This document shows, piece after piece, positions 56,147-64,000 of a DNA stretch of 64,000 nucleotides (its first letter is position 1; every line of letters starts with the position of its first letter). The translations under genes were made by a program, and so were the position numbers. The DNA lies in contig OX597822.1 of NCBI GenBank assembly GCA_951406725.2, forward strand, positions 105,896,001 to 105,960,000. The letters are read 5' to 3'. The notes under the pieces were generated by a model, which searched no databases, was not told the origin of the DNA, and worked only from the letters and a program-made list of their open reading frames with translations. This stretch comes from Octopus vulgaris. Taxonomy: Eukaryota.

Positions 56147-56362
56147 GCGGCGAGCTGGCAGAATCGTTAGCATGCCGGGCAAAATGCTTGGCGGCATTTC
56201 ATCCGTCTTTATGCTCTGAGTTCAAATTCCGCAGAGGTCGACTTTTGCCTTTCATCATTTCTGGGTAAATCATATGAGTAACAGCAGTTTAACAATGGGG
56301 TCGATGTGATCGACTTAGCCCCTACTCTGAAAATTGCTGTGAATGTGACAAAACTTGAAACG
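56147..56362 (+). mobile_element. Older SINE group D variant with an alternative tail (AAATTGCTGG...TTGAAAC); similar decayed copies at ~23290-23620, ~35525-35730, ~37230-37410, ~38355-38530 and ~50300-50480
   Basis: D head and core followed by a tail different from that of 36580/41507/61766. Confidence 0.65.
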
Positions 56363-56442
56363 AATAATATCTAAGACCGTTGAATCAAGATGAGATATTA
56401 ATGACGCGAATACTTCACTCAAAGTTACCAATAAATATTCAT

Positions 56443-56880
56443 ACTCTTTACTCTTTTACTCTTTTACTTGTTTCAGTCATTTGACTGTGGCCATGCTGGA
56501 GCACCGCCTTTAGTCGAGCAAATCGACCCCTCGACTTATTCTTTGTAAGCCCAGTACTTATTCTATCGGTCTCTTTTGCCGAACCGCTAAGTGACGGGGA
56601 CGTAAACACACCAGCATCGGTTGTCAAGCAATGCTAGGGGGACAAACACAGACACACAAACACACACATACATACATACATATATACATACATATACATA
56701 TATATATACCTATATGCGACAGGCTTCTTTCAGTTTCCGTCTACCAAATCCACTCACAGGGCATTGGTCGGCTCGGGGCTATAGCAGAAGACACTTACCC
56801 AAGATGCCACGTAGTGGGACTAAACCCAGAACCATGTGGTTGGTTAGCAAACTACTTACCACACAGCCACTCCTGCGCCT
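56443..56880 (-). mobile_element. SINE group C
   Basis: Full-length reverse copy. Confidence 0.88.
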
Positions 56881-56918
56881 ATTCATGTTACATGGTAAAT
56901 ATTCATTGTAAATAATAG

Positions 56919-57298
56919 GAGCACTCCGTCGGTTACGACGATGAGGGTCCCAGCTGATACGATCAACGGAACAGCTTGCTCGTGGAATTAACGTGCAAGT
57001 GGCTGAGCACTCCACAGACACGTGCACCCTTAACGTAGTTCTCGGGGATATTCAGCGTGACACAGAGAGTGACAAGGCCGGCCCTTTGAAATACAGGTAC
57101 AACAGAAATAGGAAGTAAGAGTGAGAGAAAGTTGTGGTGAAAGAGTACAGCAGGGATCACCACCATCCCCTGCCGGAGCCTCGTGGAGCTTTAGGTGTTT
57201 TCGCTCAATAAACACTCACAACGCCCGGTCTGGGAATCGAAACCGCGATCCTAAGACCGCGAGTCCGCTGCCCTAACCACTGGGCCATTGCGTCTCCA
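56919..57298 (-). mobile_element. SINE, core A + tail 3
   Basis: Colinear with 51299-51686. Confidence 0.85.
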
Positions 57299-57705
57299 CA
57301 TTTACATCTTAAATAGCGAAGGTTGTGATGTATGCAGATCATAAAAGCGACGGGCAAAATGTTTTACACTATTAAGTTGTGAGCCTGTACTTTCTGAGTT
57401 CATATCTCTCCTGAGTCAAATGTTAGTTTATATTACATAGATCAGACTTCACTTTATTATCTTGATCCTTCCAGGATCAATAAAACAAAATACCGGGCAA
57501 ATATTATCAAATTTTGTCGCCTCTAACATTCCGGTTTCTATGTATATCAGCCAAAAATTGAAATCCATATTTTCCTAGTAAATTTGTAAATAAGATCCTA
57601 AAAGTTTAGGCAACATACAAAGGTATTCTACTTAGATTGCTATCGATCGAAAGAGAGATGCGAAGCAGAATGAGAAATAGACACAGAGAATTTATTTTAT
57701 ACGTA

Positions 57706-58219
57706 ACTAGCAGTATCGCCCGGCGTTGCTCGGGTTTGTAAGGGAAATAACTATATAAGCATTTTTAGAGAGTTACTCCCTTATGGATGCCAATTCGGGC
57801 TTTCTTAGCCATTTCTGTTTTGGTGTCTTCAAGCCATGAAGTCGTTGTTCTAAAAGAACGCTGGTCTCCTTGACAACGCTTTACGACGTTGATTTCCTTA
57901 CACTCCCTTCCCCACAGCTTCACGAGGGAGGGAAGAAGGGGGAGAAGCAAACAGCTGCAGGTGTGACCATGGACGCCAACTCCGCCGCCATCGACACACG
58001 AAAAATTGTGCATTAAAATGGAATAAAAGATGATGTTAAATTATTTTTAAAATCGTAGACTCATCGTAGACGCGCGCTAATACCCAGACGGGCTCGATGT
58101 GAATCACGACTATAAGATACCCGAATTTGGTTAAACTGCACCGCAAAATGTGGGAGTAGTTAGGAATCTAAATCGAAGGGGACAGACACTCACACAACTA
58201 CAGTTTTATATATAGAGAT
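57706..58219 (+). mobile_element. HINE-like element with the same termini as 15219 but a different interior
   Basis: First ~70 bp nearly identical to 15219. Ends GACAGACAC...TTTTATATATAGAGAT. Confidence 0.7.
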
Positions 58220-58443
58220 ATTTGCACAGTTACAGAGATCGCGCCAAGAGAAATTTAACAAAATATGTTCACTTGAGTTTTTAGGGCATTAACGTCTCAA
58301 AAAGCAAAACGACGGTATTTTTATCCGCTGGCATTCTATCTATGATACTAGAAAGCAAGAAGTCATAGAGCCGAATTAATAGATAATACCAATAGACCTC
58401 TAATCCTATAACTATTGGAAAGTCCTTATAATTGTTGCTGCTG

Positions 58444-58554
<111 letters not shown>

Positions 58555-58985
58555 CAGAGAGAGAGATGGATGGATGGATAGATAGATAGACAGATAGATA
58601 GATAGACAGATAGATAGATAGATAGATAGGTAGGTAGATAGTTAGATAGATAAACAGATAGATATACATACATATATGTTATATACATTATATATATGTA
58701 TATACATATACGTACACACTCCTCCAAGCACACACACACATACACGTACATATATATATATATATATATATATGTACAAACACACATATATGTATAGATA
58801 GCAAAAAAACCATATAACCCAATTGATAGGTAATCCCCACAGGTTTGTAACCCCATAATTATTGGAATATACTCATAATTGTTGCAAAGTGTATATAAAT
58901 CTGTGTGTGTGTGTGTACGTGTTAGCACAGGTATGAATACGTCTGCGTAGGTTGGTGTGCAAATGTATATACATATACACATATA

Positions 58986-59051
<66 letters not shown>

Positions 59052-59509
59052 CATGTATGTATATACTCATATATGGATAGACACACACACGCGCGTGCAC
59101 ACACATACACACACACCCAAATATACACACAGCAGTCCATTTATGATCAAAGCTTATCAAACACGCCACGATTATTGGCCAGACAGAATGACGCAAATCA
59201 GACAGTTAAGTAATCCATTATCATAGCGCAGAGTGCATCAATGAAGGGAACTTAAATGCTTTGTAATCCGCAACACCAATAGTATCCAAAGATGAACGGA
59301 ACCTTAAGTGTGGCGTAAAAAATACAGTATATACAGACGATTGGATTATCTGGTAGGTAGAGCTAGATAAATCATTCTTCTGTTTCTATGATATATATAT
59401 ATATATATAAACTTAGATATGTTTCGACCAAAGATTGGTCCAGGCCATGTCTAACTTAATAGCACCACCTGATAATATATATATATATATATATATGCAT
59501 GTATGTATG

Positions 59510-59563
<54 letters not shown>

Positions 59564-59570
59564 TATATAT

Positions 59571-59767
59571 GTAGGTCCCGGGTTGAGTCGGGATTAACCA
59601 CAGTAAATAAGGTACTCAATACATAGCAGAGTAAATTAATTTATTTTATAGAAGGAGCTTCTACAGGGCTAGAACTGTTTCATTCAAAAGAAATCATCAG
59701 GAAGCCTGATGATTTCTTTTGAACGAAACAGTTCTAGTCCTGTAGAAGCTCCATCTATAAAATAAAT

Positions 59768-59769
<2 letters not shown>
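59571..59769. mobile_element. Asymmetric foldback element in (TA)n: 65-bp arms (59637-59701 / 59705-59769) plus an unpaired left extension
   Basis: The arms are reverse complements with 3 mismatches and a 3-nt loop. They contain the hammerhead motif. Confidence 0.8.
59657..59705 (-). ncRNA. Type I hammerhead ribozyme motif inside a near-perfect foldback
   Basis: Minus strand reads gcttc CTGATGA tttc-tttt-gaat GAAA cag-ttctagcc-ctg TA gaagc. Stem I is gcttc/gaagc, stem III is cag/ctg, and the predicted cleavage triplet is GUA. Confidence 0.72.
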
Positions 59770-59841
<72 letters not shown>

Positions 59842-60949
59842 GTGTGTGTTCTTTTTATTCCTTTATTCTTTTATATGTTTTAGCCCTGAGACTGAGGCTA
59901 TGAAGGGGGCAGCGCCATTGTAATCAACATTCAACTGGCCAATTCTACGGGTTTGGCTTCTGGTGAGGGAAGGTGTTTGATATCGCTATGCTCTTTTCAT
60001 CTGGGATCTTGGATAGCAAGAGGTCAATTTGTTACTTGAACAGTCCCTCAGACATTTTGGCAAGGAATTAAACAGCTGTGGGCCCTTGAATATCCCAAAG
60101 TATTGCAGTACATGGTCCTCGCTCTAGATGTGACAGTTGGGACTTTTGGAACAGTGCAGTAACATCAATTTCGAAGTCTAGCATAACTCTCAATTACAAA
60201 GTTTGGTGCGAGCCACTCCAGTATCTTCCATACATATATCACTGCGTACCTCTCCTGTCTTTGCACACAGAGAAGGAGAGATATGTAATATTTATACCCA
60301 CTTGAACTTGGATGTTCCATTGGACCAAATTTTACTGCGGTGGGATGCCCTGTGAGAAATTTACATATAAGATTTTAGTGCAAAGTGCACTCTTGTTCAT
60401 ATCGCTCGAGGGATAATTAATGCCCATCAACTCCAGCCTCGAGGCGGCCAACTCACGTGATTTCGACCTTCATTGATCTCATCTGTGATGGAGACTCGAC
60501 CGTTGGAGATAACAACTTCCTGCTGGTGAAATGTAGGGAATCAGCTCCTGAAGGGGCACTACTTTGGGGATTAGCTAATGAACTTGTTAAAAATATATTT
60601 GCAAGAGAGGCAGTAGTGATACATTCTATATCTTTTATCATGTCATTTGTTTCTGTCTATGGACTGCAGACATGTTGGGGCACCATTTGGAAAGATTTTG
60701 TCTAAAAATCGAACTCAGTCCTGATATTATTCAGTTCCCTGTACTTATTTTATCTGGCGCTTTTTGTGAACCGTTATATTGAGTGGACGTAAATAAACTC
60801 ACACAGTTTGTCCAGCAGTGGGGTGATTCTATTTTGTTCGGACAAAATTTGACAATTTATATGAAAGGAAAAAAAAAACAATATCCTATCCAAAAATATA
60901 AGATAATTTTTTATTGAATCAAATATCAACTAGTTTATGAGTGGGATAA

Positions 60950-61545
60950 TAACAGTTTACCCAAAGTAGCCGCCCTCAGCTTCCACACGACCACAAAAAC
61001 GGCTCCGGAACCAGAGACATGTGTCCCTGGGAAGATCTTCGAACACTTCCTTGGTCCTAGCCACCATCTAAGCCTTGGTGTTGAAAGTAGAGCAGTTAGT
61101 GTCTTTCTTAGCCACTTATAATAATCCAAGAGATTACACGCGTGGAAATTAGGGGTAGGGTAGAAATTGAGGCTGATGAAGTAATAGAAATTCTTCGACA
61201 GCCAATTCTTATGACAAAGAACTGCATATGTCCTTCCAGGAGGAACCTTCCCCAGAATCTTCAGAAATTTGACAACAATCTTCAGAAATTAAGCATAGCC
61301 AGCTGAATCTAGCCTGAGGTCCAGTTCTAAGATGTGGAGCAGCATTATGTCACCTTTACTGGAGACACGCTTAAGGGTCATCCTTCTTGCTGGTCACAGC
61401 TTCATAGTCTCTGTTGCAGGTGTTCGTGTCACATATAACACGAACACCTGTACAGCGTTCATAGAGCGCTGAATAGCAGTCATGATGTCAGCATTTTGAT
61501 GCCCGGTGCAAATCATCATGACACATGTAACTCTTTTCCAATATT
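60950..61545 (-). mobile_element. Decayed Tc1/mariner (maT/DD37D-like) transposase remnant
   Basis: Across frames, the minus strand gives PNFHACNLLDYY.W, EVFEDLPRDT, FRSR and EAEGGYF* (cf. SPDxNPLDY.W ... GGYFE), plus an N-terminal-like GHQNADIMTA segment. Confidence 0.6.
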
Positions 61546-61765
61546 CAAATGAGTTCCTTGTCAGTTAAATTTTTTTTCAACTACATCTTTAATGTGTATA
61601 TTCTCCAATGCTGTTGACAGTTCACCAATACGTCAAACTGCTCCTAAATACAGGAGACATATAATATAGTCCAATTTAGCCCGAAAACTGCTTATCTACC
61701 TAGCTAACAACTCCCTATATGTTTAGATGTGTGCAAGGAAATGCATAAATATATCCATAGGTGAA

Positions 61766-61989
61766 AGGCGGCGATCTGGCAGAAACGTTGGCACGCCAGG
61801 CGAAATGCGTAGGTGCCGTTACGTTCTGAGATCAAATTCCGTCGAGGTCGACTTTGCCTTTCATCCTTTTGGGGTCGATAAATTAAGTACCAGCTACGCA
61901 CTGGGGTCGATGTAATCGACTTAATCCGCTTGTCTCTCCTTATTTGTCCCCTCTGTGTTTATCCCCTTGTGGGTAGTAAAGAAATATAT
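61766..61989 (+). mobile_element. SINE group D with an imperfect 17-bp TSD
   Basis: ATATATCCATAGGTGAA (61749-61765) vs ATATATGCACAGGTGAA (61990-62006). Confidence 0.85.
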
Positions 61990-62420
61990 ATATATGCACA
62001 GGTGAATGTGCGTATGGATGCGTAAGCAAACATGGCTACGTATATATGAACATTAATACAGTCCACTTTGAAATTTTTTTCACGTCACTTACGTTCTTTT
62101 TGAAGAGAAAACCGTATGTAAGTAATATCTCCTGTTGTACGACTAAGGAGGAAACTGCATTATCTATAGGGTATTTTATGCATCAGTGATGTTAGTTCCG
62201 GTTCGCCAAAAGTGAGTGTCCCTCCGATGACTTTGTTCATGTTATCGTTCGGTTTTCGACGTGAAGGTCACTTAAAGACATATTCCTGAGCAGAGACTAT
62301 TCAGCCATCAAACAAATAGTACGTACAACTGTTAGCTAGGTAAATAGATAGATAGATAAATAGAGAGAGAGAGAGAGAAAAGAGAGACAGAGACAGATAG
62401 ATAGATAGTTTGGAAGGTAT

Positions 62421-62463
<43 letters not shown>

Positions 62464-62466
62464 CAC

Positions 62467-62544
62467 CCAGGTGGTGCTATTAAGCTAGACATGGCCTGGG
62501 CCAATAATGGCCGAAACCTATCAAAGTATCAAAGTATCAAAGTA
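62467..62544 (+). mobile_element. Short retroposon 3'-end fragment with a (TATCAAAG)n tail; second copy at 59413-59471 (-)
   Basis: CAGGTGGTGCTATTAAG(C/T)TAGACATGGCCTGG(G/A)CCAA...TGG(C/T)CGAAAC is present in both copies. Confidence 0.6.
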
Positions 62545-62877
62545 TATATATATATCATATCATATCAAAGGGAAATGGAAATTAATTAAAATTTATATTT
62601 CCAGTGGTCTAACGTGTAATAAAATTTAGTCAAAAAGACTATATATTAGTCATACGATATAGTGTATGTTTAAACACATAAAGAATCCACAGACACACAC
62701 AAACATACACACGCACACACGACGGTCTTCTTTCAGATTCTGTCTACCAAATCCACTCACAAGGCTTTGGTCGGCCGGAGGTTATAGTAGAAGACGTTTG
62801 TGGAATGTGCCACGCAGTGGGACTGAACCCGGAACCATGTGGTTGGTAGAGAAGCTACTTACCACACAGCCACTCCA

Positions 62878-62956
<79 letters not shown>

Positions 62957-62968
62957 TATAAATATATG

Positions 62969-63014
<46 letters not shown>

Positions 63015-63028
63015 TGTATATGTATACA

Positions 63029-63068
<40 letters not shown>

Positions 63069-63088
63069 TGTATATGTATACATATATG

Positions 63089-63133
<45 letters not shown>

Positions 63134-64000
63134 ACATATATGTATATATATATATATGTATATATATATATACATATATGTATATATATATATATATATA
63201 CATATATGTATACATATACATAGAAAGAGATAGATAGATAGATAGATATACTAAGTATTAATTCTTAGCTTCGTATTTACACACGATATTTCTCTTCATA
63301 GCTGATACTTTCCATGACATAATGGTGTCATTATTGTAACGCTGATAAAGAGATTATAAATATTCATATATAGCACATCTTACAGCTTCCTACTTTTCAT
63401 ATCAGCATATTAAATATGTATTTCTTTCATATTCGATGGATATAATATCGCAGCTGAATTTAGATATTCTACATTCAAAATAGAGTCTCTTATTGCGTCT
63501 CTTTTCCCATTGCAACTCAATGTCAATATGAGTAGATGTATAATTTTGATAAGTGAAACAGTTTTTTTTCACACTTTATAATAAGTTATTCTCAAAGAAT
63601 TCTGATTGAATTTTACCTAACTCTGTTATTTGTATCTAAGCCAATATACTTTTCCTTTCGTGTGTGATACGGCTGATATTCATGAAGTTGGAGAAACTAG
63701 AATAGCTGATGATCATACTTTGGTACTTTTATTCCCATTAAACACGATAAAAGGTTGAAATGGCTCCGGATGATAATGGAAGTAAAAATGAAGACTGTGT
63801 TCCGGGAAAATTCCTTTCAGTCGCTGATTACTACTTCCAATCACAAAACAACGACCAGCATAATAGAATTAGTTGAAATAGGAAATAAGCAAAAAAACTG
63901 AGGCACAGACGTGGTTGTGTGGTTAAGAAACTCGCTTCCAAATCATAGTTGGAGGGTTTCAGTCTCAATGCATGGCACATTTGGCAACGCGTGTTTTCTA

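Overview
AT-rich, microsatellite-saturated animal genomic DNA; the repeat complement suggests an octopus or other coleoid cephalopod (inference). The only host coding sequence I can support is one 480-bp phase-0/phase-0 exon (32517-32996, +). It encodes S1-S3 of an ERG-subfamily (KCNH2/6/7, seizure/unc-103-like) K+ channel with an unusually divergent pre-S1 segment, and the rest of the window is apparently very large introns. These introns hold four tRNA-derived SINE groups that swap cores and tails, two CR1-clade LINE 3' ends, three Helentron/HINE-like elements, mariner and maT/Tc1 remnants, and a decayed Penelope-like element (RT thumb, Cys linker, GIY-YIG). The most notable signal is a set of about ten short, mostly (TA)n-embedded elements, five of them foldbacks, that carry minimal type I hammerhead ribozyme motifs with several catalytic-core variants. 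They look like a non-autonomous Penelope-derived, retrozyme-like system. Nearly all listed ORFs are microsatellite or SINE artefacts. All alignments and folds were done by eye.
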